A stretch of DNA of 40,542 nucleotides from an uncultured Clostridia bacterium. GTDB lineage: Bacteria; Bacillota; Clostridia; Saccharofermentanales; DTU023. Below the pieces are notes generated by a model. That model searched no databases, was not told the origin of the DNA, and saw only the letters and a program-made list of their open reading frames with translations. A program made the translations under genes and the position numbers. How positions within the stretch are numbered: position 1 is the stretch's first letter; each line of letters starts with the position of its first letter. The stretch is from positions 1-40,542 of the forward strand of contig CAMYEY010000001.1 in assembly GCA_947254895.1 (NCBI GenBank), written 5' to 3'. This document shows, piece after piece, positions 14,572-25,106 of this stretch.

Positions 14572-15981
14572 ATGGCCAAGATGAGAATACCGGAAGAGAT
14601 TAGAAAAAAGATTTTAGAGAAGACACCACCCCATAACAAACAGGCTGAAGAAGCTGTCCTTGGATCAGCCCTGCTCTCGGCAGATTGTATTCCTGACTTG
14701 ATTAACAGTTTGGATAAGGATGATTTTTATTTTCCTCAAAATCAGATAATATTTGCAGCAATCTATGGCTTATACCAAGAGAGAAAACCGGTAGACCTGG
14801 TGACCCTCTCTGACCGCCTTTCCCTTGATGGTAATTTGCTTGATGTGGGCGGCTATGAATACTTGACTTATCTTGCTGACTCTACCCCCTTGCTTCGCAA
14901 CTATTCTTACTATGCAGATATTGTTCTTGAAAAATCTAAGCTCAGACAAATAATATTAAGTCTTAATGATGTTATCGCTACATCTTATGGGGACAGTGAT
15001 GATGTTGATGAGATCATCGACCTGGTTGCAAAAAAACTGTATGACATTAGAGAAAATCAGGATAACCGAGGTTTTGCTAAACTAGGGCCGGTCCTAGCTG
15101 AAAGGATTAATGACTTGGATGAAGCTGCCAAGGGCAAAAAGGATGATATGATTCATTCCGGCTATCCCTCGATTGACGACACGTTGGGCGGCCTCAAGAA
15201 GGGTGCTCTTTTGATAGTTGCAGCGAGACCTGGTATGGGTAAGACAGCTCTAGCCCTCAATATAGCCCATAAGGCGGCTATGATTTACCAAGTGCCGACG
15301 GCAATTTTCAGCTTGGAAATGTCAAAGGAAGAACTGGCAAATCGTTTCCTCTCCTCTCATTTATCTATAGACTCGCGCCGGATCGGTTCGGCCAAATTAA
15401 CTAAGGATGATTGGGATAAGATCACAGGTAACTTTAAGGGGCTTTTTGAGGCACCGATTTATATTGATGACAGGTCAGGTGTTTCCCCGATAGAGATGTT
15501 GGCTAAGGCTCGACAATTACAGCTCGAAAATAACCTAGGCCTGATTGTCGTAGATTACCTCCAGTTAATGTCGGGAGACCGTAACCGTTCAGATAGCAGG
15601 CAGCAAGAGATCTCTGATATCTCTCGTCAGCTAAAATTGATGGCCAGAGAACTAAATGTCCCCGTTATTGCCATTTCACAGTTGTCCCGGGCTTGTGAGA
15701 GCCGTAATGACAAACGGCCGATTCTTTCAGACTTGCGTGATTCTGGAGCTATCGAGCAGGATGCTGACGTGGTCATGTTTCTTTATAGGGACGACTATTA
15801 CAATAATGAAGAACTCGATAAAAAGGTGGAGACAGCTGAACTTATTGTTGCCAAGAACCGTCATGGTGAAACAAGGACTATACAGTTGGGCTGGAGACCG
15901 GAGTATATGATGTTCTTTGAACCGGAAAAAACGCCTTTGCCTGAGGTACCTGCCTGGTCGGCTCCACAACCTGATTTTTAG
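14572..15981 (+). CDS. dnaB: Replicative DNA helicase (DnaB family)
   Basis: N-terminal PPHNKQAEEAVLGSALL, Walker A ARPGMGKTALAL, Walker B IVVDYLQLM, RSD..RQQEISDISR.LK..A. rplI-dnaB synteny. Confidence 0.95.
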   Translation: MAKMRIPEEIRKKILEKTPPHNKQAEEAVLGSALLSADCIPDLINSLDKDDFYFPQNQIIFAAIYGLYQERKPVDLVTLSDRLSLDGNLLDVGGYEYLTYLADSTPLLRNYSYYADIVLEKSKLRQIILSLNDVIATSYGDSDDVDEIIDLVAKKLYDIRENQDNRGFAKLGPVLAERINDLDEAAKGKKDDMIHSGYPSIDDTLGGLKKGALLIVAARPGMGKTALALNIAHKAAMIYQVPTAIFSLEMSKEELANRFLSSHLSIDSRRIGSAKLTKDDWDKITGNFKGLFEAPIYIDDRSGVSPIEMLAKARQLQLENNLGLIVVDYLQLMSGDRNRSDSRQQEISDISRQLKLMARELNVPVIAISQLSRACESRNDKRPILSDLRDSGAIEQDADVVMFLYRDDYYNNEELDKKVETAELIVAKNRHGETRTIQLGWRPEYMMFFEPEKTPLPEVPAWSAPQPDF

Positions 15982-16004
15982 GATAGATCCTGCTTTGCCG
16001 AATT

Positions 16005-17123
16005 ATGATCCAAGAGTTTTCAGGACAATTTGTAAAACTTAAAAACTTTTGCTTGGAGGAAGGCCTCATTCAAGAGGATAGCCTGATTGTATTAGCCCTG
16101 TCAGGAGGGGTAGATTCAGTTTGCTTAGCCTATTTCTTGCTTTGGCTCCAGGAAAGAGGAACTTTCAAAAATATTAGGGTGGTTGCCGCCCATTTGAATC
16201 ATATGATCAGACCGGGAGCAGCTGAGACAGATCAGGCCTTTGTCACTGACCTTTGTGGTCAATTAGGCTTGGAGTTGCGGGTCCGTCAGGTAGATGTACC
16301 TGCCTTGGCCCGGGAACGCCAGATGGGCTTGGAAGAAGCAGGACGTTTTGCCAGATATCAATTTTTTAATGACCTTATACTAGACCTCACAAAGCGCCAC
16401 GCTGAAAAAAAAGACCAGACTCCTGATTTAGAGGACGACCAGCGGGCTATAGTTCTCCTGGGCCACCACAGGGATGACCTAGCTGAATCTGTCGTGATGA
16501 ATCTGGGTCGTGGGTCAGGTTTATCCGGTCTAACGACACTAAAGGCTAAGCAAGGGATCTACCGCAGGCCTTTACTAATTTTGTCCAAAAGTGAAATTTT
16601 ACAGCTGGCCAAGGACCAGAGCTGGATCTGGTGTGAAGACCAGACGAATGAATCCGATGATTATCTTCGTAATCGTATCAGGCATGACCTGCTACCCACA
16701 TGGTCGGATGTCGTCGGCTATGATGTTCGTCCGGTCTTAGCCCGACTCTCGTGCAATCTGACTGATGCAGAGGAAGGTCTTACTTGGGCTGGTCAAGAAG
16801 CTTACAGCCATTGCTTACGAGGTCCCGGTCCCGCCAATTTTTCTCTCAAGGAACTCAGAAAACTTCCGGCTGCTGTTCTGAAACTGGTCCTAGATCAGGC
16901 TCTAGCCCTGAGTCAAAGAACCGATTTGGCTGATGACTTGACCTTACCGATAGGGATGGGTAAAGCCCTAACCGCCCTTCAGCACAGACAGATCTGGCAG
17001 ATTATCCATGGCGACCATGGTAATAAGCTTATCGACATAGGTGATGGTTTGGCTTTCTGCAGGTCCGGTCGTCGGCTCATTTTAGTTCCCTATCAGCGCA
17101 AGCCTAGGCATCATAGATACTAG
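16005..17123 (+). CDS. tilS: tRNA(Ile)-lysidine synthase
   Basis: PP-loop SGGVDS, HLNHMIR, GHHRDD. tilS-hpt-ftsH synteny. Confidence 0.9.
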   Translation: MIQEFSGQFVKLKNFCLEEGLIQEDSLIVLALSGGVDSVCLAYFLLWLQERGTFKNIRVVAAHLNHMIRPGAAETDQAFVTDLCGQLGLELRVRQVDVPALARERQMGLEEAGRFARYQFFNDLILDLTKRHAEKKDQTPDLEDDQRAIVLLGHHRDDLAESVVMNLGRGSGLSGLTTLKAKQGIYRRPLLILSKSEILQLAKDQSWIWCEDQTNESDDYLRNRIRHDLLPTWSDVVGYDVRPVLARLSCNLTDAEEGLTWAGQEAYSHCLRGPGPANFSLKELRKLPAAVLKLVLDQALALSQRTDLADDLTLPIGMGKALTALQHRQIWQIIHGDHGNKLIDIGDGLAFCRSGRRLILVPYQRKPRHHRY

Positions 17124-17252
17124 CTTTGCTGAAATTCTCTTGATATAATAAGTTTTTAAAGAATAAAAGGCACTCACAGTGCGAGCCTGGGAGAACATGC
17201 TAGTACCCAGACTAAACTATAAAAGCTGAATTAAATTGAAAGCGAGAAAATT

Positions 17253-17834
17253 ATGAGAATATCTGAAGTGTTGATCAGCAAGGAGGAAATCCACTCCATT
17301 TGCCAAAGGTTGGGCAAGCAGATCAGCCAAGACTATGAAGGTAAGGAAATAGTCTTGATTTGTGTCCTCAGGGGGGCGATAGTCTTTTTGGCGGACCTCA
17401 TGCGTGAAATCAAAGTCCCTTGCGAAATCGATTTTATGTCGGTTTCCAGCTATACCGGAACCAAGAGCTCCGGTGATGTTAAAATCGTTAAGGACTTGGA
17501 AGACTCTATTGAGGGTAAACACGTTATAGTAGTTGAAGATATCATCGACTCCGGCCTGACTCTTTCCCACCTACTGAGTCTGCTTAAGTCTAGAAAACCT
17601 GCGAGCCTTCGGCTTTGTACCTGCTTTGATAAACCGGACAGGCGGAAAACTGAGGTGGAAGTTCATTATATAGGTAAACAGATTCCTGATGAGTTTATCG
17701 TGGGCTATGGTCTCGATTATAATGGCCATTACCGCAATCTCCCGGATATTTGCATCCTAAGGCTTGACGAGGCTGAAGATTCTTTAGGTAAAGAAGTAAA
17801 CTCAACTGAGGAGAAAGTTGATGAATCAAAATAA
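17253..17834 (+). CDS. hpt: Hypoxanthine(-guanine) phosphoribosyltransferase
   Basis: PRPP-binding loop [13 protein letters not shown] and C-terminal FIVGYGLDY. It has an acidic C-terminal extension of about 20 aa and overlaps the ftsH start. Confidence 0.92.
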   Translation: MRISEVLISKEEIHSICQRLGKQISQDYEGKEIVLICVLRGAIVFLADLMREIKVPCEIDFMSVSSYTGTKSSGDVKIVKDLEDSIEGKHVIVVEDIIDSGLTLSHLLSLLKSRKPASLRLCTCFDKPDRRKTEVEVHYIGKQIPDEFIVGYGLDYNGHYRNLPDICILRLDEAEDSLGKEVNSTEEKVDESK

Positions 17835-19737
17835 AAAAAATCGCCCATCGGGCATGTCGTTTTACATCATACTTTTAGCTGTTATTCTGCTTTCATCCTA
17901 CTTCATGTCTAAGCTGGATAATCCGAACCAAGTTTACTTATCTGACCTACAAAGCCAGTTAAAAGAAGGCAAAATAGAGTCTGTTAAGCTTAATGGTGAG
18001 ACCTTACAAGTTACCCTGAAACCTGCTAAGGCAGGAGAGAGTGGAACGACCTATACTAAAAAGGTTCACCCCTACCTGGTTAGTGAACTTTTTGATAAGT
18101 TTCAAGATGCTTATGATAAGGGCGAACTAAAGTATTACGATTACTCTAAGCCCACTGACTTTTATGGGGCTTTTAACTTAATTTTGATAGTTCTGATGGT
18201 TGCCGGTCTGGGTTTCTTTATCTGGTTCACCTTTAACCGGCAGGCGGGTGACGGCCGGATGACCATGAATTTTGGCCGTAGCAAGGCACGCCTGAGTAAT
18301 CCTGAAGAAAATGAGGTAACCTTTGAGGATGTAGCCGGTGCCGATGAGGAAAAAGCCGAGCTCCAGGAGGTCGTCGACTTCCTGAAAAATCCGGATAAAT
18401 ATGCCAAACTTGGTGCGAGAGTTCCCAAGGGGATCCTCTTGGTGGGTGCACCTGGAACAGGTAAAACCCTTTTGGCCAAGGCAGTGGCGGGCGAGGCCGG
18501 TGTACCCTTTTTCTCGATCTCCGGTTCTGACTTTGTTGAAATGTTTGTCGGTGTTGGTGCTTCCAGGGTCCGCGATATGTTTGATGAGGCCAAGAAAAAA
18601 GCTCCTTCTATCATTTTTATAGATGAGATTGATGCTGTCGGCCGACAGAGGGGAGCAGGTCTCGGTGGTGGCCATGATGAGCGGGAACAGACCCTCAACC
18701 AACTCTTAGTTGAGATGGACGGTTTTGGTCCTAATCAAGGGGTTATTGTGATGGCTGCAACTAACAGGGTGGACATTCTGGATCCGGCCTTATTGCGTCC
18801 AGGGCGTTTTGACCGGAGAATAACCGTCATGCGGCCAGACCTCAAGGGGAGGGCTGAGATCCTCAAGGTTCATGCTAAAAATAAGCCCTTGGAGTCCAAT
18901 ATTGATCTCATGGAAATTGCTAAATTGACCCCTGGTTTTACCGGGGCAGACCTAGCCAACCTCCTTAATGAAGCAGCCCTCCTGGCTGCCAGACGTAATG
19001 CCAATACGATCAGCTATCGAGATATTTCCGAGGCGGTTTACAAGGTTACGATAGGACCGGAAAAAAAGAGCAATGTGATTTCGGCCAGAGAAAGGAAGCT
19101 GACAGCCTACCACGAAGCCGGTCATGCCCTTGTTCTGCGAGCTGTTTCTACCACCAAGAGGGTGGAAAGGGTCACCATTATCCCGGCAGGGGGGGCAGGT
19201 GGCTATACAGCCTCCAAGCCCAATGAGGACTTTAGTTATATGACCGAAGCCCAGCTCTTTGATGATATTTGTTACACCTTGGGTGGCCGTGGCGCGGAAG
19301 AAATCATCTTCCAAGAGGTTTCAACCGGAGCTTCGTCTGACCTCCAGTCCTGTAACGCAACCGCTCGTAACATGATTACCCGTTATGGCATGAGCAAGAG
19401 TCTCAAGAATTTTACCTTGCAGACTAATGATGAGGTTTTCTTAGGTCGAGACTATGGTCACAGTGGAGAGCATAGTGAATACTTGCTTGCCCAGGTGGAT
19501 AAAGAGGTTAAAGATATTCTTGATAAGGCCTATGCGAGGACCCTGGATATCTTACAGACAGAGTCGCTCGTTCTGGAAAAGGTGACCCAGATGTTGCTTG
19601 AGAAAGAAAAAATCGAGGGTCCTGAGTTTGAAGCTATTTATAAGGAATATGCTGTAAATTACAAACCCTTAGAGGATGAAGACCAGTATATTTCTGATCT
19701 GGGAAATGCAGAAATTAATCCAGTCGAGCAAGACTAA
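17821..19737 (+). CDS. ftsH: ATP-dependent zinc metalloprotease FtsH (copy 1)
   Basis: Two TM helices, Walker A GAPGTGKT, Walker [32 protein letters not shown], zinc motif HEAGHA. ATG at 17821 lies 8 nt after GAGGAG (the listed ORF starts one codon earlier at TTG). Confidence 0.95.
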   Translation: MNQNKKNRPSGMSFYIILLAVILLSSYFMSKLDNPNQVYLSDLQSQLKEGKIESVKLNGETLQVTLKPAKAGESGTTYTKKVHPYLVSELFDKFQDAYDKGELKYYDYSKPTDFYGAFNLILIVLMVAGLGFFIWFTFNRQAGDGRMTMNFGRSKARLSNPEENEVTFEDVAGADEEKAELQEVVDFLKNPDKYAKLGARVPKGILLVGAPGTGKTLLAKAVAGEAGVPFFSISGSDFVEMFVGVGASRVRDMFDEAKKKAPSIIFIDEIDAVGRQRGAGLGGGHDEREQTLNQLLVEMDGFGPNQGVIVMAATNRVDILDPALLRPGRFDRRITVMRPDLKGRAEILKVHAKNKPLESNIDLMEIAKLTPGFTGADLANLLNEAALLAARRNANTISYRDISEAVYKVTIGPEKKSNVISARERKLTAYHEAGHALVLRAVSTTKRVERVTIIPAGGAGGYTASKPNEDFSYMTEAQLFDDICYTLGGRGAEEIIFQEVSTGASSDLQSCNATARNMITRYGMSKSLKNFTLQTNDEVFLGRDYGHSGEHSEYLLAQVDKEVKDILDKAYARTLDILQTESLVLEKVTQMLLEKEKIEGPEFEAIYKEYAVNYKPLEDEDQYISDLGNAEINPVEQD

Positions 19738-19764
19738 GCTTAAGTCTAACAGATGAACTGAGAT

Positions 19765-19792
19765 AGGCTAGCCACTATGGCTAGCCTGTTTT
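19765..19792 (+). terminator. Rho-independent terminator after ftsH
   Basis: AGGCTAGCC (19765-19773), loop ACTAT, GGCTAGCCT (19779-19787), then GTTTT. Confidence 0.7.
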
Positions 19793-19856
19793 AATTAAGT
19801 CATAAGCCGTGTTAGAATGAAAAGGTAAAGCTGGCAAGCAAAGAAAGAGAGATAAG

Positions 19857-21815
19857 ATGAGACAGGTATATCAAATTGAAAAACACTTAGATTTGTTAAG
19901 TAAATACTATCCGACTATAGAGGCTGCCCGGGGCAAGATTGTCTACCTGCAAACGCTACTTTCCCTACCCAAGGGGACAGAGTTTTTCTTTTCTGACCTG
20001 CATGGTGAGGCAGAGGCCTTCATCAACTTTTTGCACTCGGCATCCGGGGCTACCCGCAATAAGATCAAGACCCTATTTGAGCGGACTATGACTGTGAGTG
20101 AGCAGAATGACCTAGCCTTTCTGGTCTTTAACCCTAAAATTGCCCTTGATATGATGGAAGAGGAGGGGAAGCTGACGGATGAAGTTGTGCGGATTACTAT
20201 TTTTCGCCTGATAGACCTCCTGAAATATGTTTCATCCAAGTATCCTTTAGAAAAGGTTGAAGAAAAGACCCCTCCCGAGTATGCCCAAATTATTGATGAG
20301 TTGCTCAACACTATAGTTGACCTGGAAGATAGCGATATGTACAACCAGGCCATCATCAATGCTATCATCAAGCATGAAGCAAGTCGTCCCTTTATTACGG
20401 CTCTCTGTGAAATGATCCAAAATGTTTCAGTTGATGAACTGCATATCATTGGAGATATTTTTGACCGGGGACCGGCTCCACAAAAAATCATGGATGTTCT
20501 TATGGACTATCCTAATGTTGATGTTCAGTGGGGCAATCATGACATCATTTGGATGGCTGCAGCCGGAGGTTCTCCTATCGCCATTATGGCGGTTTTACGG
20601 ATTGCCCTTCGTTACAATAATTTTGATTGCCTTGAGGACGGCTATGGGATCAACCTTCGCCCTCTATATAGCTATGCAACCCAAGTTTATGCTGATGATC
20701 CTTGCAGTAGGTTTATGCCCAAAAATCTTGAGGGCAGTCAGTTTGCCCGAATTGATCCTGAGATAGCAGCAAAGATGCAAAAAATGATTGCTATCATGGA
20801 AATAAAACTGGAAGGTCAGCTCTATGAGCGTAATCCTGATTTCAAAATGGCTGACCGTAATGTTTTGCGTAAGATAGATTTTACAAAGGGCGTTTTTGTC
20901 GAAAATGGTCAAGAATATGAGCTGTTAGATAAAAACTTCCCCACAGTTAACCCTGCTGATCCTCTTGCCCTTAGTCCTGAGGAGGAAGACTTGATCAACG
21001 CCTTAAAGGTTTCTTTTGCTGCATCACCACGTTTGCAAAAGCATATCAGCTATCTCTACCAGGTGGGAGGTATGTATAAGATTCACAACAATAACCTCCT
21101 TTACCATGGCTGCATTCCCTTGGATGACAAGGGGCAGTTACAAGAAGTTCATCTAGATGGTAAGAAGCTCAAGGGTAAAGAGCTTATGGACTATATTTTT
21201 TATCGGGTTAGGGAAGCCTGGTTTAGTCCAAAAAATTCCGAGGAAAGGCGGAAGGGCCAGGACCTCATGTGGTATCTGTGGTGTGGGGTAAAATCCCCCC
21301 TCTTTGGCAAGGACAAGATGGCCACCTTCGAGCGGTATTTTTTAGCTGAAAAAGAACTCCATAAGGAACGCAAATCTGCCTACTATGAATTTTCACAACA
21401 GGAAGAAGTGGCCTGCATGATCCTCCGAGAATTTGGCCTTGACCCTGATAAGGCCCATATTATCAACGGCCATGTTCCGGTTAAGATCAAGGATGGTGAG
21501 ACACCCATTAAGGCCAATGGTAAATTATTTGTGATCGATGGTGGCCTCTCTGAAGCTTACCAAGCAACTACCGGAATTGCCGGTTATACCTTGATTTTTA
21601 GTTCCCATGAACTTGCCTTGGCTGAGCACCACCATTTTGAAGGGGTACAGTCGTCGGGTAGCTACCTACCTGATATCCACGTAGTTGAAAAGATGCCACA
21701 TAGGTTACGGATTTCTGACACAGATGAGGGCGATGATTTACGGTCACAGATTGAAGATTTAAAAGCTTTGGTGGATGCCTATAGCTGTGGTCGGATGCGG
21801 ATGAAAAGGGGCTGA
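19857..21815 (+). CDS. fbp: Fructose-1,6-bisphosphatase class 3
   Basis: 652 aa. LPKGTEFFFSDLHGE, IIGDIFDRGP and GNHD metallophosphoesterase motifs are characteristic of Firmicute Fbp/YydE. Confidence 0.9.
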   Translation: MRQVYQIEKHLDLLSKYYPTIEAARGKIVYLQTLLSLPKGTEFFFSDLHGEAEAFINFLHSASGATRNKIKTLFERTMTVSEQNDLAFLVFNPKIALDMMEEEGKLTDEVVRITIFRLIDLLKYVSSKYPLEKVEEKTPPEYAQIIDELLNTIVDLEDSDMYNQAIINAIIKHEASRPFITALCEMIQNVSVDELHIIGDIFDRGPAPQKIMDVLMDYPNVDVQWGNHDIIWMAAAGGSPIAIMAVLRIALRYNNFDCLEDGYGINLRPLYSYATQVYADDPCSRFMPKNLEGSQFARIDPEIAAKMQKMIAIMEIKLEGQLYERNPDFKMADRNVLRKIDFTKGVFVENGQEYELLDKNFPTVNPADPLALSPEEEDLINALKVSFAASPRLQKHISYLYQVGGMYKIHNNNLLYHGCIPLDDKGQLQEVHLDGKKLKGKELMDYIFYRVREAWFSPKNSEERRKGQDLMWYLWCGVKSPLFGKDKMATFERYFLAEKELHKERKSAYYEFSQQEEVACMILREFGLDPDKAHIINGHVPVKIKDGETPIKANGKLFVIDGGLSEAYQATTGIAGYTLIFSSHELALAEHHHFEGVQSSGSYLPDIHVVEKMPHRLRISDTDEGDDLRSQIEDLKALVDAYSCGRMRMKRG

Positions 21816-21861
21816 AAGCCTTTCTGCTGAGAAAGAGATAGAAGGACGAGGAGAGATCGAG

Positions 21862-22812
21862 ATGAAGAAATATGACCTAATTAGTATTGGCGAAGTCCTT
21901 ATAGACTTTATTCCAACCGGGAATAGTCATGAGTTTTCTATGAACTTTGGTGGTGCTCCTGCCAATGTTGCCGTAGCAGTCGCTCGTAATGGCCTAGATA
22001 CAGCCTTTTGCGGTATGGTAGGAGAGGATGACTTTGGCCGCTTTATTGGCCAGGTTTTTGACCGTGAGGGAGTGGACTTTCTCTGTCCAGACTACTGTAA
22101 GGAAGCCACCACAACTCTGGCCTTTGTGAACCTGGATGAGTTTGGTGACCGGTCCTTTACTTTTGCCAGAAAGCCGGGTGCTGATATGTTTTTAAGCCGA
22201 GACCAGCTGCCAGAAGACCAGATAGGGGCCTGCCGGATGATCAATTCCGGTACCTTGTCGATGGTAGGTGGGCAGTCAAAGGATACCAATATTTATGCTT
22301 TGCAGGAAGCCCACCGCCAGGGTAAAATTGTTGCCCTTGACCTGAATTATCGGGACCAGCTCTGGGATTATGATGTTGAGGCTTGTTGTAAGGTTTTTCA
22401 TGAGGTTTTACCCTATGTGGACCTCCTTAAGATCTCTGAAGAAGAGGTCCCCATGCTCAAGATGCCTGTTACAGAGGCTATCTCTAAGTATGGTCTAACG
22501 GCTGTTGTGGTTACCCTTGGCCCTGAAGGATCTTTGGTCCACCTTCCTGGCGACCAGGTTCTGAAACAGGAAGGTATCAAGGCCAAGGTCCAAGATACAA
22601 CAGGTGCCGGAGATGCCTTCTGGGGAGCTTTTTTAGCCAGTCTCTTACGAACCGGCTGTAATCGGGCCGGTGACCTTTCTGAGTCTGATTTTGCTGAGGC
22701 TATGAGATGTGGTGCTGTTTCCGGATTTTTCTGCGTCCAGAAAAAAGGGGCGATTGAATCACTTCCAACTTATGAGGAGCTCTTGGTTACTAGGGAAGAA
22801 TTGGGCTTATAA
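21862..22812 (+). CDS. PfkB-family sugar kinase, probable fructokinase
   Basis: N-terminal IGEVLIDF...GGAPANVA and C-terminal DTTGAGDAF PfkB signatures. RBS GAGGAG. Substrate assignment is by family resemblance only. Confidence 0.75.
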   Translation: MKKYDLISIGEVLIDFIPTGNSHEFSMNFGGAPANVAVAVARNGLDTAFCGMVGEDDFGRFIGQVFDREGVDFLCPDYCKEATTTLAFVNLDEFGDRSFTFARKPGADMFLSRDQLPEDQIGACRMINSGTLSMVGGQSKDTNIYALQEAHRQGKIVALDLNYRDQLWDYDVEACCKVFHEVLPYVDLLKISEEEVPMLKMPVTEAISKYGLTAVVVTLGPEGSLVHLPGDQVLKQEGIKAKVQDTTGAGDAFWGAFLASLLRTGCNRAGDLSESDFAEAMRCGAVSGFFCVQKKGAIESLPTYEELLVTREELGL

Positions 22813-23008
22813 AATTTCCGTTTGTCTCCCGGGGGGCCTACCTTTAGTTTGGTCCCCACAACTTTCTTCCTAGATTTCACAAATGTTCAAATTCTCTTTG
22901 CAAGACCTGTCTTTTGCTATGCTAAGCTATGGACACTGAGAGGTATATTTCCCTTTCGGAGAGCTACTTTTGCGAGCAAGATAAGATGTGAAAGGCAGGG
23001 AGATAAGA

Positions 23009-24976
23009 GTGAAAACAGCAAGAACCGACCAGGATCACCCTAAAGCTAGTCAAGATCCTGATATAAATAATCCTTATACAGATATTGCTGGATTTCAGCA
23101 AACGGATAACCGAAATACCAGGCAGGGACAGGCTAATGGCCCTGATAATCCTTATGATAATTCTCCTCCAAGGCGGCCTAACTTAAACCATAATGTTCTT
23201 TGGTTTTATATTTTGAGCATTGTTGCTATTTTGCTATTTAATATGGTGTTTGTGCCTAAGATTACCCGCTGGAAAATAATCGATAGTGACTACTCCGGTT
23301 TCCGGAAGATGGTTGAGTCAGGCCAAGTGGAAGAAGTTAGTTTTGACGAAAATGAAATCATCTTCAAAGCTCGAGATGCTGAGGGTCAGGCCAAGATTTA
23401 TAAGACGGGAAGAATGGAAGACCCGGATATAGTAAGACTTTTAAGCGAACAGGATGTTAACTACGAAGCTGTGATTCCTGAGCCACCCAGCATTTTGCTG
23501 TCTGCTTTGGCTACATATGGAATCCCTATCCTTATCTTCTACCTCCTTGGTCAGGCCATGCAAAAGCGGATGAAAAGCATGCAGGGAGGTCTTTTTGCTA
23601 AGCAAGAGATCAAACAGTATGAGCCTTCTAGTGAACACGTCACCTTTGATGATGTGGCAGGACAAGAAGAAGCGGAAGAGTCGCTGAGGGAGATTGTTGA
23701 CTATCTCAAACACCCGGATAAATACACAAGGATAGGGGCTAAGTGTCCCAAAGGTGCTCTTTTACTTGGCCCTCCGGGTACAGGTAAGACCCTTTTAGCT
23801 AGGGCGGTTGCGGGAGAGTCACATGTGCCTTTTTATTCCATAGCCGGTTCGGACTTTGTCGAAATGTTTGTCGGGCGTGGGGCAGCTAAGGTTCGTGCCC
23901 TGTTTGAAGAAGCTAAGAAAAATGCCCCTTGCATCATTTTTGTCGATGAGATCGATACAATAGGTAAAAAAAGAGATACTGCTGGTCTAGGTAGTAATGA
24001 TGAACGGGAGCAGACCCTCAACCAACTCCTGATTGAGATGGACGGTTTTGATGGTAATTTAGGGATTGTGGTCTTGGCTGCCTCCAACAGACCTGAGATT
24101 TTAGATCCGGCTCTCTTGCGTCCGGGACGCTTTGACCGGCAAATCAGGGTTGAACTCCCAAGTTTACAAGACCGGCTGGATATCTTAGAGGTTCACGCTA
24201 AACGCTATCTGACGGAAGACAATATTGATTATGCTGTTATTGCCAGGTCGACGGCGGGTGCTTCAGGTGCCCAGCTCGCTAATATCATGAACGAGGCAGC
24301 CCTCCGGGCGGTTAGGGAAAACCATGATAAGATAAAACAAGAGGATATCCAGGAAGCAGTTGAACTGGTTATCGCAGGTGCACAAAAGAAGCAGGATATC
24401 TTATCGGCTGAAGAAAAACAACTAGTGAGCTACCACGAAATAGGGCATGCGCTCGTAGCTGCCTTGCAAAGTCACACTGCCCCGGTACAAAAGATCACCA
24501 TTGTTCCCAGGACATCAGGTGCTCTGGGTTATACTATGCAGGTGCCGGAAAATGATAAAAATCTTTATTCAAAAAGCGATATGCTAAACCATATAGCTAC
24601 TCTGTGTGGCGGCCGTGCAGCGGAAGAAGTTTTCTTTAACACAAGGACAACGGGTGCCTCAAACGATATCGAGAAAGCAACGGCCATGGCCAAGAGCATC
24701 GTTACCCAATATGGCATGACTGACCGATTTGGTATGGTTAAGTTACAGGAGTCTGGTTCACGTTACATGGGAGATGAAGGGAGTATGAATGTTTCCCAAG
24801 AAACGATGAAAGAAGTTGAAGACCTGGTTGTCGAGATTGTCAAGGACTGTCACGCTAAAGCTATCCGGCTAATCTCAGAAAATCGAGAAGCCATGGTAGC
24901 CTTGTCTGAGTACTTGCTTGAAAATGAGACAATAAGTGGCCAAGAGTTCATGGACATCTTGTCACGGTACCAGTAG
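23009..24976 (+). CDS. ATP-dependent zinc metalloprotease FtsH paralogue (copy 2) with a disordered N-terminal extension
   Basis: Walker A GPPGTGKT, Walker [38 protein letters not shown]. Two TM helices. The first ~65 aa are polar, N/P/D/Q-rich. The GTG at 23009 is preceded by GGGAG; the alternative GTG is at 22988. Confidence 0.9.
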   Translation: MKTARTDQDHPKASQDPDINNPYTDIAGFQQTDNRNTRQGQANGPDNPYDNSPPRRPNLNHNVLWFYILSIVAILLFNMVFVPKITRWKIIDSDYSGFRKMVESGQVEEVSFDENEIIFKARDAEGQAKIYKTGRMEDPDIVRLLSEQDVNYEAVIPEPPSILLSALATYGIPILIFYLLGQAMQKRMKSMQGGLFAKQEIKQYEPSSEHVTFDDVAGQEEAEESLREIVDYLKHPDKYTRIGAKCPKGALLLGPPGTGKTLLARAVAGESHVPFYSIAGSDFVEMFVGRGAAKVRALFEEAKKNAPCIIFVDEIDTIGKKRDTAGLGSNDEREQTLNQLLIEMDGFDGNLGIVVLAASNRPEILDPALLRPGRFDRQIRVELPSLQDRLDILEVHAKRYLTEDNIDYAVIARSTAGASGAQLANIMNEAALRAVRENHDKIKQEDIQEAVELVIAGAQKKQDILSAEEKQLVSYHEIGHALVAALQSHTAPVQKITIVPRTSGALGYTMQVPENDKNLYSKSDMLNHIATLCGGRAAEEVFFNTRTTGASNDIEKATAMAKSIVTQYGMTDRFGMVKLQESGSRYMGDEGSMNVSQETMKEVEDLVVEIVKDCHAKAIRLISENREAMVALSEYLLENETISGQEFMDILSRYQ

Positions 24977-24988
24977 ATCAATTGATTG

Positions 24989-25026
24989 AGGCTTGACGGT
25001 TTCTTAGAAAAAGAGCCGTCAAGCCT
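24989..25026. terminator. Hairpin between the convergent ftsH2 and thiT genes
   Basis: Perfect 11-bp arms AGGCTTGACGG (24989-24999) / CCGTCAAGCCT (25016-25026) with a 16-nt loop. No strong T tract on either side. Confidence 0.45.
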
Positions 25027-25106
25027 ATGACTGAAGGTTTTAGTAAAAACACAGGTAATCTAAGAGCCCGCTAAAGGACGTTTGTAGGTTTCCGATACTA
25101 GCACTT

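Noticed and set aside
18162-18702. Two long overlapping minus-strand ORFs (178 and 174 aa) plus smaller ones antisense to ftsH.
   Set aside because: They lie entirely inside the confidently identified FtsH AAA+ domain. Their products are low-complexity (P/S/A/R-rich) with no start context. This is the typical shadow-ORF artefact of codon-biased genes.
19943-20491. 182-aa minus-strand ORF, and the 114-aa +-strand alternative-frame ORF at 20422-20766.
   Set aside because: Both are embedded in the class 3 fructose-1,6-bisphosphatase gene, whose frame carries all family motifs. There is no RBS and the composition is Ser/Ile/Arg-rich nonsense.
22822-23043. 73-aa ORF in the spacer upstream of the second ftsH.
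   Set aside because: Non-ATG start, no RBS, and it overlaps the ftsH2 start region out of frame with it. The sequence has no recognisable features. The spacer is more likely regulatory.
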